Source: Botryllus schlosseri (taxonomy: Eukaryota). Taken from it: DNA of 64,000 nt. Position numbers and translations under genes: made by a program. The notes beneath the pieces were generated by a model. It was given only the letters and a program-made list of their open reading frames with translations. It had not been told where the DNA came from and did no database searches. This document shows positions 27,546-39,330 of this stretch, in pieces; positions within the stretch are counted from its first letter, which is position 1; the number at the start of each line of letters is the position of its first letter. Where the stretch lies: contig CM119380.1 of the NCBI GenBank assembly GCA_051294905.1, positions 2,542,001 to 2,606,000 of the forward strand. The letters run 5' to 3'.

Positions 27546-28450
27546 GAGTGCCGGAGGTAGCGGAGGCGGCGCTGCTGGTGGCGGCAGTGCAGGGGGCACA
27601 GGAGTGCATAAAGTCGCAGGATACTTGTGGGAGGGAACGGAGCACGCAAACTACCGAATAAAAATAAATGAAGTAGCAAACTTCGCATGCAAAGCATCGA
27701 CAAGAACGACAGCGCCATTCGGAGAAGAAGACCATCAATGGGCAGACACATATGGAGATGGACATTTCAGATAAAGTGCAATAAGAAAGGAAACATTCGC
27801 ACTGCCACAAGAAGGGGAGCATGCGGAAGCATTCAAAAACGTGAAAAGAAAGAGAGTATGGCCTTGGGATACTCAGAAAAAATTCAACCCGCTGAAAATG
27901 TACAGATATTTTCGAATCAAAAGTTACAAAACTACGTTACGGCATCCGTACGCATTCGTGCCTCGACCGAAAAAGGCGACAACGACCTACGCATATACGA
28001 ACGGGCAAATGACATCAGCAACAACAGCGTCGGATGGAGAATTTACAGGAAATAACGGCCCGCAGATGATGTGGCTTACAGAATGGACAGATAAAGATAA
28101 AAGCGCACTTACAGCATCATGCACGGCAGAGGCAGTAAAAGAGACATACCTACCGGTGACATCGCAATCTACATCAGTAGCCTACATAGATGAACCGGAA
28201 TTATGGATACTGGGTCAGGAAGGTGCATCAAAAAGCACTTCGGATATGGGACTACATTGAGAAATCATGAAATGAAATTAGAAAAAAAGTATCAATATCG
28301 TGGACAGTTCGTCAACAGGAAATAAGATAGAGCTGGATTCGGAAGGGTCGCCATGGATGCATTGCGCAGACTGGAATAAGTGGAGAAGCCAAAATTACTA
28401 CAGTGGGCTAAGCGTATATGCACACAAACATGGCCGAATTGGGATGGAAC
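27545..28450 (+). pseudogene. Candidate endogenous ssDNA-virus capsid relic (single jelly-roll; parvo/densovirus-like or CRESS-like)
   Basis: Gly-rich GGSGGGAAGGGSAGGTG, then VWPWDTQKKFNPLKMYRYFRIKSYKTTLRHP, FTGNNGPQMMWLTEWTD and, after frameshifts, SPWMHCADWNKWRSQNYYSGLSVY. The resemblance is judged by eye only. Confidence 0.4.
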
Positions 28451-28548
28451 AAAAACATTAACGGTTGAAATCTTTAAAGCGGGCTTAGATGCTGGTATGC
28501 CTCTGTGAGCGGATCTTACTAGCGAAATGTCATTAAATCATTGTTAAC

Positions 28549-28736
28549 GGTTGCCGGAGAACCCGGCCCTACCAACTCGGCCCTCGGAGAACCCGGCCCT
28601 TGGAGAACCCGGCCAGAGTAGTCGAAAAACACCGTGAATACCACAAGTAGACCACGCGTGCTTGATATACAAAATTTCCCGAGGGCCGAGTTGGTAGGGC
28701 CGGGCTGGGTTTGTAAGGCTGGGTTCACCGGCAACC
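28549..28736. repeat. GC-rich inverted repeat (MITE or hairpin)
   Basis: GGTTGCCGG...CCGGCAACC ends. Perfect 26-bp inverted core at 28562-28587 / 28679-28704. Internal GAACCCGGCC reiterations. Confidence 0.8.
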
Positions 28737-30233
28737 ATTCATATCACTTGAGACATTGTTAAACTGTTTTCGGTTTCGACACTTTCACTTGTGTGCCTTG
28801 GAATCAACTTTTATCAAAATACACCAACCAAAACTCTGTCAACAGAAGGAGTTTGTGTACCACCTAAAAATAGTACATTGAACGCTCTCTCATTCGAAAT
28901 TTCATACTGGGGACGTCATATTTTGTGATACGATTGTTGATATACAATGTTCTTTCCAATTCTCTACTAGTTGCTGACGATTACCCCTGACGAGTGTCAG
29001 CCGAAAATATTCGGGTTCATTTCAATATGAATATACTATTTAATTGGATGTTTTTCTTGTTAACATTATGTCAATTACTTGTAGTACTTGGTCATATGAT
29101 AAAACACAATCTGCTATAAGTAGAATATAATGAAATTCTGAATCAGTGATTGTACTAGACAATGCAAGTTCAATTCACACACCTAGCAAAGTATATTACA
29201 GCAACCGGCTGTTCTGTTCGTTCAGCCAGTGGCCCACGAGCCAGACACTGCAACAGTGCTCAAGGAGGAGTCAGTTTTAACCCAGATATAACATATACGG
29301 TAATTATATGATCAACTCCAAGCTACACCAGAACACTTTTAAAATAAATTATCATCACTCCTACTGTCAGACTTGAAGTTGACTATCAAAGTTCCAGAAT
29401 AATCCTGAGATGAGTATGCTACAGAAGCTTGCACAATATGTATAATATATAAAGCAGTTTACAATGTCTCGAGTGTTACGGAAAATCACCATTTTCTACA
29501 AAACATACAGGTATGAGGTATATATAACTTATATATAGGGCTAGGCAAAATCGAGTACATCAGTGATTCGATTCTGAATCACGTATTGGCTATTACGCTT
29601 CGAGTCGAGTAATCGAGTATCACTCATTATGACGTCATATCAGAATGCACCATAACAAAGTTCAAATATGTTTATTTTATGCCACCTTAACATAATGGTA
29701 CCACCAGCGTGTAGGCTACTCGCTGGTACCACAAACATATTGCCTGTCATCCGTCACATTAAAGATAATTTGGTATTTATTCGACCATACAGATTTCATT
29801 GTACTTCTTGACAATGTTGTGAGATGCTCATAACTTCGTATATGTGCCATTTCCACCAACGTTCGTAGCTTTGTACCACTACGACACGGTCAATCAAGGA
29901 TTCAAGGCTTTCTCAGTAGAAAATTGTTATGTTCGTGCATTTACGTTCGGTGTCGTAGAACTCTTTATTTCTATAGGATTAGTAATTTCAGCCAATCATT
30001 ATTTCCTCGTGTGTCATGCTTGTATTTATACCCTGTGTTCTGTTGTCTCGTGGTCTTTTTCATTTAACTGTACTCTGGATCGTGTCGCTGCCTTAAAGTC
30101 ATACTGTTGTAAAATATACTGATTTCGTATTGCAACCTCGTCGTATTGAGTTATTGTTCAAACAAGATCAAGAACATAACAATTGGTGTCAGAAGTCGGA
30201 TTCAAAGTTATTTCTGCGACGAATACTGTATAT

Positions 30234-31553
30234 ATGATGGAATCGGGTATTTTGAAGCTTCTGGAGAAGCAGCAGGAAATGATGGCAGAACAACGCGCAC
30301 AGCGTAAAGAAGAGCTGGAGCAGCAAAATGCTCGACACAGAGAAGAGATGAAACAACAAGCGAAGCAGCAAGAGATTATGGCGCAACAACAAGCGAAGCA
30401 GCAAGAGATGATGGTGCAACAACAAGCAAAGCATGACGAAGCAATGGCAAAAGTCATGACAGAGATGGCGCAATTGACGCAGAGGTTGAATCCCGGTGCA
30501 TCAACATCTGAAGCAGCCGCTCCCAAGTTTGATTCGTTCGCAAAATCAAAAGAAAAGTGGGACCAATATCTGCAACGATTCAACCATCACCTTGCAATTT
30601 ACGGCATTTCCAACATGGAGAAGAAAAGAGCGTGTCTACTCTCATGGGTCGGACCTGAAACGTACTCGCTCCTACGTAATTTGTTTGGTGCTGCTGATGT
30701 CAGTGCGCAATCCTTCGACGCGTTGACTGAGAAGTTGTCTACACATTTCAAAGACTCAATTCATGTGCAAGCAGCCAGGTACGAATTTTACAACTGTAAA
30801 ATGCAACCGGGACAATCGTACGCCGATTGGATCGCTACTCTACGCGGAATCTCCAAAGATTGCAACTTCATATGCTCAAGAGATGGCTGTGATCAGAGCT
30901 ACGTTGATGAGCTAATGCGCGATCTCATCATTAAAGAAACGCCGCACGCGGATGTGAGACGGCATTGTCTAACACAAACCAATCCATCCCTTGACGACGT
31001 TCTCAAAGTAGCCGCAACATACGTGAGAACGCTGGAAACTGATAGGGTTATCCAAGGCGAGAGTAGCAGTAAAGACGCTTCCATCGTCAACAAAATGACG
31101 GGAAGTTATCAGAAGGGGAAAAAACCTTCCAAATCCATCCAAGGCAACTTCCCGGAAAGACTGAAATCCTGCAGCTGCTGTTTCATCGATCACCAGAGAA
31201 AAGACTGTCAATATCGACATTCAGTATGTCAGAAATGTGGTCGTAAAGGTCATATCAAACCTGTGTGCATGTCTACCAAACCTAGTATCACGCAACAGGT
31301 CACATCCGTCAATTTCTGCTCAGTGCCACTCCTCTCCTTCGACATCGATCAACTATATCGACGCGTAGGTAACCAGCTCTGGATCAACTCCAGCATCAAC
31401 GGCATTCCGTTGCCGACACAGTGGGACACTTGTGCACCCTCCGCCATGGTGGGATTGACTGGGTACAAAACTTTGGGCTCTCCGAAACTCTCAGCATACC
31501 ATTGCTCTTTCGTAGCGTATGGCGACAAGCCACTGAAAGTGAAAGGTATTTGA
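30234..31553 (+). CDS. gag: Gag (coiled-coil N-terminus, capsid, two Cys/His knuckles) plus N-terminal half of the aspartic protease
   Basis: First ATG at 30234. W..Y..RF....A.YG capsid motif, CSCCFIDHQRKDC and CQKCGRKGHIKPVC knuckles, protease-like WDTCAPSAMV. Ends at a TGA in frame with the next ORF. Confidence 0.9.
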   Translation: MMESGILKLLEKQQEMMAEQRAQRKEELEQQNARHREEMKQQAKQQEIMAQQQAKQQEMMVQQQAKHDEAMAKVMTEMAQLTQRLNPGASTSEAAAPKFDSFAKSKEKWDQYLQRFNHHLAIYGISNMEKKRACLLSWVGPETYSLLRNLFGAADVSAQSFDALTEKLSTHFKDSIHVQAARYEFYNCKMQPGQSYADWIATLRGISKDCNFICSRDGCDQSYVDELMRDLIIKETPHADVRRHCLTQTNPSLDDVLKVAATYVRTLETDRVIQGESSSKDASIVNKMTGSYQKGKKPSKSIQGNFPERLKSCSCCFIDHQRKDCQYRHSVCQKCGRKGHIKPVCMSTKPSITQQVTSVNFCSVPLLSFDIDQLYRRVGNQLWINSSINGIPLPTQWDTCAPSAMVGLTGYKTLGSPKLSAYHCSFVAYGDKPLKVKGI

Positions 31554-31559
31554 AACACT

Positions 31560-34481
31560 GTGACCGTGCAGGTGGGTTCTGAAGTTCGAGTTGGCTTAAA
31601 ATTGGTGGTTCTCGACGAACACCGTGGGCAAAACATTTTTGGTCTTGATTGGAGCGATGCTTTCTCCATGACCGCTAAGGGAACGTCTGCTTTGGATGCA
31701 ATTTCTTCGCAGATGGTCAAATCGCAATCATGTAATACTATTGACATTTCTGATTCGAACGACAAATTGGCATCTTTTCAGTCCAAATTTCCCTCCGTTT
31801 TTTCTTATGTATTAGGACGATGCACCAAGACAAAGGTGACGATTCACTTGAAACCTAATGCCAAGCCCGTATTTAACAAGCCACGCCCTTTGCCTTTCGC
31901 AAGGCAAATCGCTGTTCAAACCGAATTGGATAGATTAGTCAATCAAGGTATTCTCGAACCAATCAATTACAGTGATTGGGCAGCACCAATTTTTGCCGTC
32001 ACTAAATCAAATGGATCAATACGCATTTGTGGCGACTTCAAAGCATTGAATCAACAAATTCAGATAGATCAACATCCCCTGCCATCCTTGGATGAAATCC
32101 TTCACAAGTTACAGGGTGGTTGTATTTTCACGAAAATTGATCTTGCCGATGCTTATTTTCAGCTAGAATTAGATGATGATGCGAAGAATTTGTGTGTCAT
32201 CAACACGCAATTCGGTCTATTCCGTTATCGACGGATGTGTTTCGGAGTCGCATCTAGTCCCGCAAATTTTCAACGCTGTATTGATGCCATGATCGCCGGC
32301 TTACCCGGCGTTGCTAGTTTTATCGATGACATAATCGTTACTGGCATTGATGAACGCGATCATTTTCGCAACTTATCGCTACTCTTTGAGCGCCTCACCG
32401 AATACGGTTTCACCGTCAACTTCGCTAAATGTGAATTTTTCAAAAGTAGTATCGAGTATCTTGGTCACATAATTGACAAGGATGGCAAACGCCCGTCTAA
32501 CAAATCCGTTGAAGCAATCAAACAGTTGCCTAAACCTCAGGATGTTCGCCAGCTACAGGCATTCCTGGGCAAAGTCAATTATTATCGCGCGTTTATTCCT
32601 AATTTCACGAATAAAGCCGCTGCCTTGTACCGTCTTCTCCAAAAAGACGCGAAATTCATTTGGAATACGGACTGTGACGCAGCTTTTCGCATTCTCAAAA
32701 ACGACGTAATCGACGCTACGCAGTTAGCTCATTATGATGTAAACAAGCAGCTCATTTTGTCAACTGATGCTTCTCAATTCGGAATTGGCGCTGTCCTCTC
32801 AATCGAGCACAATGGCGAAGAGAGACCGATCGCGCACGCATCGAAAACGCTTTCAGATTCGCAAAAATCCTACTCTCAAATCGAGAAGGAAGCTCTGTCA
32901 ATCATTTACGGAGTCACTAAATTTCGTCAATTCTTGTATGGTAGAAAATTTACGCTCGTGACGGACCACAAACCGCTTTTAGCTATTTTCTCGCCGGACA
33001 AGAAAATTCCCGTGATTACAGCGCAACGCTTACAGCGATGGGCACTAACGCTCATGGCTTACCGATACGATATTCGCTATAAACCGACTAATCAGCACGG
33101 AAACGCCGACGGTTTATCTCGCCTACCAAAAGGTCCAGACCCCGAGTTTGACGAACTGGAAATTCGTGAAAACGCGGAGATCGTTCACGCTATTAATATG
33201 GCATTCGATGGCTTACCGTTAACTCGCAATGAAATTCGTGACGCGACGTTGAAGGACAAAACCATGAAACTAGTAAAATTATCTGTCACTCATGGTAATT
33301 GGAATCCAAAGACGCACATTGATGATTTTTCTTGGTTTTCGACTCGCAAACATTCGCTTTCTTTGCACGAAGACATAGTCATACTCAATATTGATGGTTT
33401 TCAGCGCGTAGTAATTCCGCAGTCACTTCGCTCGCGAGTCTTATCATTGTTGCATGAAGGACATTGGGGTATCGCGAAAATGAAGCAGATGGCTCGACGT
33501 TACATCGCATGGCCTTCCATTAATCGTGACATTGAAAATCTCGTTAAGAGTTGCGACGCTTGCCGTAAGGTAATGAAAGCGCCTGATCGTCAGTATCGCG
33601 AATGGCCTAAAACTTCTGAAAGCTTTGAACGAATTCACTTGGATTTCGCAGGTCCAATAAACAATAAGATGTTTCTTGTCATCGTCGATGCGCATTCGAA
33701 ATATCCTTTCGTTAAAGTAATGAATGTCGGGTCTACCACAACCTTGTGTGTGGTCAACGCTTTGAGGGAAGTCTTCTCTATCGAAGGCTTGCCCATAACA
33801 ATTGTCACGGATGGTGGGCCGCAATTCACATCGAATGAATTCGATACGTTTTGTTCTAATTTGGCAATCAGCCATATCGTATCACCGTCTTTTCACCCTG
33901 CCTCGAACGGGGAAGCGGAGCGTTTCGTCCAGACTCTAAAAGCTGGATTGATAAAAAATTGCGACGGGGGAAAAGATCTCAACTTCGCGCTCCAAACACT
34001 TCTCGCTACTTACCGATGTGCACCGCACCCGGGCATAGACTGGAAAACGCCTGCCGAGATTTTACATGGTCGGCAGCCGCGCAATTTGTTAAGGTTGTGC
34101 TCGCCCTTCGATAAATCGAAGCCCGTTACGCCTAGACAATCAGTCACTCATTTCGAGATTGGTTCCTCGGTTTACGCTCGCAGTTACCGAAGCGGACCAA
34201 AGTGGGTTGCTGGCGTGGTGACGGAAATACTGGGGCGTGTTGTGTACATCATAAAAACAGATCATGGGTATTGGAGGAGGCACAAAAACCAACTCCAACC
34301 ACGCTTGATTTCAGCTGGCAATGATACAGCCACACAGGAAGTTGCTCAGCCTCAACAGTCCCAAGTTGAGCAACCATTGGTCAGGAATAGGGCACAACGT
34401 CCTGCAGCTAGTCCTGCTCGATCGTCGGGCAGACGTTATCCCCTTAGAAATAGGAAACCCACCGATTTCTATAGACCGTAA
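31560..34481 (+). CDS. pol: Pol: protease C-terminus, RT, RNase H, integrase
   Basis: WAAPI, RICGDFK, FTKIDLADAYFQ, FIDDIIV (RT); TDASQFGIGAVL, EKEAL, TDHKPL (RNase H); HEGHWG...CDAC (HHCC); HLDFAGP, TDGGPQF, SNGEAER (DDE). Confidence 0.95.
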   Translation: MTVQVGSEVRVGLKLVVLDEHRGQNIFGLDWSDAFSMTAKGTSALDAISSQMVKSQSCNTIDISDSNDKLASFQSKFPSVFSYVLGRCTKTKVTIHLKPNAKPVFNKPRPLPFARQIAVQTELDRLVNQGILEPINYSDWAAPIFAVTKSNGSIRICGDFKALNQQIQIDQHPLPSLDEILHKLQGGCIFTKIDLADAYFQLELDDDAKNLCVINTQFGLFRYRRMCFGVASSPANFQRCIDAMIAGLPGVASFIDDIIVTGIDERDHFRNLSLLFERLTEYGFTVNFAKCEFFKSSIEYLGHIIDKDGKRPSNKSVEAIKQLPKPQDVRQLQAFLGKVNYYRAFIPNFTNKAAALYRLLQKDAKFIWNTDCDAAFRILKNDVIDATQLAHYDVNKQLILSTDASQFGIGAVLSIEHNGEERPIAHASKTLSDSQKSYSQIEKEALSIIYGVTKFRQFLYGRKFTLVTDHKPLLAIFSPDKKIPVITAQRLQRWALTLMAYRYDIRYKPTNQHGNADGLSRLPKGPDPEFDELEIRENAEIVHAINMAFDGLPLTRNEIRDATLKDKTMKLVKLSVTHGNWNPKTHIDDFSWFSTRKHSLSLHEDIVILNIDGFQRVVIPQSLRSRVLSLLHEGHWGIAKMKQMARRYIAWPSINRDIENLVKSCDACRKVMKAPDRQYREWPKTSESFERIHLDFAGPINNKMFLVIVDAHSKYPFVKVMNVGSTTTLCVVNALREVFSIEGLPITIVTDGGPQFTSNEFDTFCSNLAISHIVSPSFHPASNGEAERFVQTLKAGLIKNCDGGKDLNFALQTLLATYRCAPHPGIDWKTPAEILHGRQPRNLLRLCSPFDKSKPVTPRQSVTHFEIGSSVYARSYRSGPKWVAGVVTEILGRVVYIIKTDHGYWRRHKNQLQPRLISAGNDTATQEVAQPQQSQVEQPLVRNRAQRPAASPARSSGRRYPLRNRKPTDFYRP

Positions 34482-36559
34482 ATGTGGGCAACCCTCTAAC
34501 TTACAAGGGAGGACTGTTATGTTCGTGCATTTACGCTCGGTGTCGTAGAACTCTTTATTTCTATAGGATTAGTAATTTCAGCCAATCATTATTTCCTCGT
34601 GTGTCATGCTTGTATTTATACCCTGTGTTCTGTTGTCTCGTGGTCTTTTTCATTTAACTGTACTCTGGATCGTGTCGCTGCCTTAAAGTCATACTGCTGT
34701 AAAATATACTGATTTCGTATTGCAACCTCGTCGTATTGAGTTATTGTTCAAACAAGATCAAGAACATAACAAAAATAGTATCCGATCCAAACAATAAGTC
34801 TTGTTTATAAATTAACTTTTAGCTGGTAGGAGCGCATAATGTCAGTACTCGGAATAATCGTCTTTTACTACTCGACTCGACGAATCATTAAAATTAATAC
34901 TCGATTCAGATTCAAGTAGCCTACTCGTATCATTCTGACCAGCCCTACTTATATAGCTGATTTACTGCTACTGATTCACAGTTTGAACAATCCAGGCCTA
35001 TCGTTTGTTGTTGAGTTGAACGGAAAATACCTGTCCCACCAAGTTCATAACATAAAGGTTTGTGAAGATGTAATATGATGAAAGTTCAATCATTCTCTCT
35101 ACAGATCAAAATTATGCTAGGTTGGTGTAAAAATCAACTCATTGGTCCACCAAACAAGATTTTGTTGTTAAAAAACAATGTAACAAATTTTAACATGCAA
35201 ATTGGCATTGCAAACTAGGTAAAACCAACCAACATTTTAATGGCGGTCTAAAAATCGATAATTTACTTGTTAATGGCGGTCTAAAAATCGATAATTTACT
35301 TGTAACTTTTTTTCTATACATTTTCAAGACAAAGTTCTATGGAAGTGAGATAGAAACATGTTGCTTCCGCAGCTTTTAAGCGCGATATTAGCTTCCTAAC
35401 ATAAGCGGTTATCCAGATATGGTAAAATTAGCTATTTTCGGCTCATTTGGTAAAATTGCACGGCCACTAGAGGGTACTGAAACCTGATAGTAGTAATTCA
35501 TTTAAGATTTGGGACCAAATATCAAAGGCACTTTTTGAAATTCAAATTTTTCTTTTTTTCACTCCACCCTAGAGGCCCATTGATAAAAAATGCCTTTTGA
35601 ACGAAGAATCACGGTTGAAAGAATAGCCAAGATTCTGACAAAATATCCACGAGACAGTATCACCGTTGGAATGTGGGGAGACATCTTTAAAGAACTGTAC
35701 GAGGGCTACGGGAAAGCTGATTGGAGAACACTCAGTTCTCATAAGCGCAAGGTCCGAAATATGTTGCAAGCGCAAGGTCCGAAATATGTTGCAACGCAAT
35801 CTGCCGGAACATCTGGAAGTGAGAGAAAGTTTGTTGGCAAAAAACCAGGAGTCATCCTGCAAACAAGGGGTAAGTGACATTTCTCAAAGACTAGGGACAC
35901 TTCACATACCCTGCAGCCCCAACAACCAGTGGCGTATCCAGGGGGGGTCGGAACCCCCCCTTTTCAAAATCCCCAAAATTGATGTCAAATAATATAGCCT
36001 CTAATATTTGCTAATTTATCAGGTCGGTCAACATATTCGTTTTCTCGTATGATAAGGCAAATATGGCGTCTTAATGTTATTTAGGGGGTCTAATACCCCT
36101 ACAAAATGTTGGAGTTATGCGCCGAATTAGTCGTTAGGAAAAAAAGGGTCACTATATTATCTCTAATTATCAATTCCGTTGGACCATGACGTCATTAATT
36201 TGTGACGTCATCGAACTCGCATACCTAAGGAAAATTAGCGTTCGGCGCCTATGCTCAGTAGAGATAGCTATGGAAGTACTCAACTATCACTACTGTGAAT
36301 GTGGATACTGGATATACTCAGCTACCACTACTGTGGATATAACCAGCTATCGCAGATATCAGCAAAAACGCGTTGTTTAGGACGTATGACGTCTGAGGTC
36401 TGACGCACGTCTGTTTCCATTAAGCGCGCAGCCGCGCATATATCCGGTTCGGACAATGCCTGGGGGTCTTTAGTGCGCAGGTATCAGCTCCGGAGCATGT
36501 CCAGATCAAAATAGTGAGCAGACATCAGGTCTGAGTTATGTCTGGCGCAACACAAACAT

Positions 36560-36870
36560 TTCCCAGATACAATGTCAGAGTGACAACACACACAGTCCTA
36601 ACATACCCCAGGCATGATGTCCGAACACGCCCTAGACACGATGTCCGAATGGCAACACATTCCAAACACACCCTCGGCCCGATGTCCTAGTTGCAAAACT
36701 GTCCGAACGCACCCAAGACATGATTTCCGAAAACACCCCAGACACGATGTCCGAGGGGCAAAACAGTCCGAACTCACCCCAGACACGATATTCGAATGAC
36801 AACACAGTCCGAAAACACCCAAGACATGATGTCGGAACACACCCCAGACTCGATGTCCGAACACAGCCTA
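36560..36870. repeat. Minisatellite with alternating ~24-bp and ~41-bp monomers
   Basis: Core CCCCAGACACGATGTCC recurs about 9 times, separated by either a short GAA.ACA linker or a longer GA...CAA.ACAGTCCGAA..CA linker. Confidence 0.85.
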
Positions 36871-38039
36871 CTACTACTGAATTTCCATGTGCAAATGAAG
36901 TGTGCTCTTGAAGTTGCAATTTCATCACATTACAGTTTAAAAAACAAAATAAAACAGCTATGCACAAAGTCCCCTTGAAGCAAACTTTCATTTAGGACCC
37001 AATTTTCAAAAATATTTTGATATGTTTTTGAACAATCCGCAGTCTAAATCGCATAACGCCTGACAGATTATGGACCTTTGACCAAATTCCCCCTCAATTT
37101 AACCTTTGACCCTACCTAACCTACAGGGTATTAAATTTTACTTGGAAATATAGACAATCAGACAACACCACCACAGTGACGACTCTTTCGATTCAGGGCG
37201 CAAATATCACCGTGCTATCGGCACCGTCTGTTGTCGCTGACAATGAGAACGCCGACCGACCGGAACCGATCGTTAATTCAAAGCATTCCGAAAGTGACGC
37301 CAAGTTGCGAACAAGCGTGATGAACTTGACACTTATCGAGCACGACGCCACGATATCGTGTAAAGGCATAGTTCCCAAACCCAAGAGCATACCGACGCCG
37401 ATATTCTGAGCGATTCAGCGGCTGCATTCGTACAATGGAAGAACTTCTACAAACTACTTCAATAGGCAATTTGCTTGCTTCATTGTAATGAGCTCCCTTT
37501 GTGACATGTTTTCACAGAATCAAATGGTTCAACAAGAAGTCCTGACAATTTTAGCGGTCCAATTGGCGCAAGACTAGATAGCTGTGTTTCTGAATGACCC
37601 GTTATTCAATTCATAAGCATCCCGAATCCTCGCTCTCCAGAACTCCCCAGTTGGTTGTGACCAGTTGGTTGTGAAAGACTTTTGAGCACAGATCAAAAGT
37701 AATCAGCTCATCTAAGCACAGCTGATTTGATTGGGATAGAGTCATTCATCAAGCAATTTGCACTATCTTGCCCAATTCAGCATGATGGTTTATTTGTCGT
37801 CATGGTTTGAAATAAAAATGAACAATTAGATAGTTAATGGTGCTAAAAATTTCTACAAGAAAGCAGTATAGTAGTAGTTTTAGTTGTTACAGGGGTGCGG
37901 ATTTCAAACACCTTCGCAGCTTCGCTCACACGTTGAATTTCGTAGGCCAGAAAGCTATTCAAAATATAAAAACGAATTTTCGTCATTTCCCCGGTAGCAC
38001 AATGGTGGGATCGAAATTTGGGTCACTTCAATCTTAAAA

Positions 38040-38860
38040 ATGAATAACGGTAAACTTGGAAATGATGTGATTACTCGATGGAAATCGACTTACCAACTGC
38101 TCGAAAGAGAAACCAACTGTTCTTCAGGAACCCATCGAGGCAACCCTCGAAAATTGCGCAGCCCCATTGAAAATCTTCCGTCCTTGGAATTGGAAGCACT
38201 CCACCCGAACTATGCAGGATTTTGCAGCTGTCTGAATATGTGACGAAGGAAATTTTTGCCGAGAAAACTGTATTTCAAAAATCATTGCGCTTGCGAACGC
38301 GCTTCGACCAGGATGTGGTCGTATAACTTCAACACCGAAGTTGGAATTAGCGAAGAAATTTATGCGATCGTTGATTGAGAATCACAACGCTTGTTTCGTG
38401 AACATGGAAGTCACGCAATTATTTTGTCTCGTGCGATGCGAACGCAATTGATTTCGTTCAATGCACACGATCAGGCGTATTAGGGACTCGTCGCAGAAGT
38501 AATGCTGCACTTGCCGATAACGATGCTCCTTGTCATAACGAGAATTCTGTTGATTTTGACGATGTACTTTCGGGCGAATTTCAACGACGTCAGAAAAGAA
38601 ACAAAACAACAATAACTAGCCATTGTAAAAATGCAGCACTATATGAATGACATTGTTTGTCGTACAAGTGACCCACTGCTTTTTTGGAGAAATCGGAAAT
38701 TGGTGTATCCTCATCTGTCCCAAATGGCAAATGTGTATGGCTGCTTCTGTTCAGAGTGAAATAAATTTATCGAGGTGCAGTCGATCGTATCTGATCGAAG
38801 AAGTCGATTGAAGGCTGATCGAATCACCATGATTGTATTTTGAAATTATAATTTCTAGTA
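38040..38860 (+). pseudogene. hAT (Ac/ZBED-like) transposase relic
   Basis: DVITRWKSTYQLLER matches D+.TRWNST..ML.R. A dimerisation-domain remnant PLLFWRNRKLVYPHLSQMA...RRSRLKADRITMIVF follows. Confidence 0.75.
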
Positions 38861-39049
38861 CATATTTTAAATATCATACATATTTTAAATATTTGTTGAG
38901 TTGAAAGTTGAGTTATGAGAACAGTCCTGTTCGAGAATATGAAGCAGTGCCCGTGAAAATTATGTAGTTGCATACATAATTCAATTCAAGATCTCAAGAT
39001 TTTGTGATTTTGGAAAATGAACTTGCTCTTTTTGCTACACTAATGATGA

Positions 39050-39330
39050 TTGATGTATGATCAGTCACCTAGCAATATCAAATAGAATTGTTGGAACTTC
39101 AATGTGACTCGGCAATGAAGGAAAAGTATTCGGAAGTAAACATGCCCGAATTTTTAAAGTACTTACCACAGCACAAGTGACCGAAGCTTTCTTCGCACTT
39201 CCGGAAGAACCGCACGATGTTTCTCGACCATGAAGATCAATAAATCAGCCTTACGCTCGCTACTGACAGATGAGCTATGGCGGATTGGTATACCGCACTT
39301 ACCCTCTCGGCGTCGGATAATCCAATTAAC
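39050..39330 (+). pseudogene. hAT Buster/Charlie (GTF2IRD2/ZBED5-like) transposase C-terminal fragment
   Basis: IELLELQCDSAMKEKY...EFLKYLP, then KINKSALRSLLTD. Typical of the C-terminus of this subfamily. Confidence 0.6.

Larger units (their letters stand above)
29925..34771 (+). mobile_element. Full-length Ty3/Gypsy (Mag-clade-like) LTR retrotransposon
   Basis: LTRs 29925-30181 and 34515-34771 (257 bp, TG...CA, 2 mismatches). TSD AAAAT at 29920-29924 and 34772-34776. PBS TGGTGTCAGAAGTCGGATTC complementary to a tRNA-Leu-type 3' end. PPT AAGGGAGGAC. Domain order PR-RT-RH-INT. Confidence 0.97.
29536..34947. mobile_element. ~560-bp hAT MITE hosting the Gypsy insertion
   Basis: TIRs TAGGGCTAGGCAAAAT / ATTCTGACCAGCCCTA. 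TSD CTTATATA at 29528-29535 and 34948-34955. Confidence 0.85.

Noticed and set aside
31551-31559. Programmed gag-pol stop-codon readthrough
   Set aside because: The stop lies inside the protease rather than at the gag end, lacks a known readthrough context, and accompanies a DTG-to-DTC change. A nonsense mutation is simpler.
30158-33875. Antisense ORFs within the Gypsy element
   Set aside because: They are shadows of the gag-pol codon pattern (for example the Gln-rich coiled coil) with no independent motifs.
35590-35992. Protein-coding gene
   Set aside because: Short, broken by a 25-bp duplication and without an assignable domain. At most a TE fragment.
36560-36870. CRISPR-like repeat-spacer appearance
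   Set aside because: The linkers are homologous to each other rather than unique spacers, the repeats are degenerate, there are no cas genes, and the context is eukaryotic.
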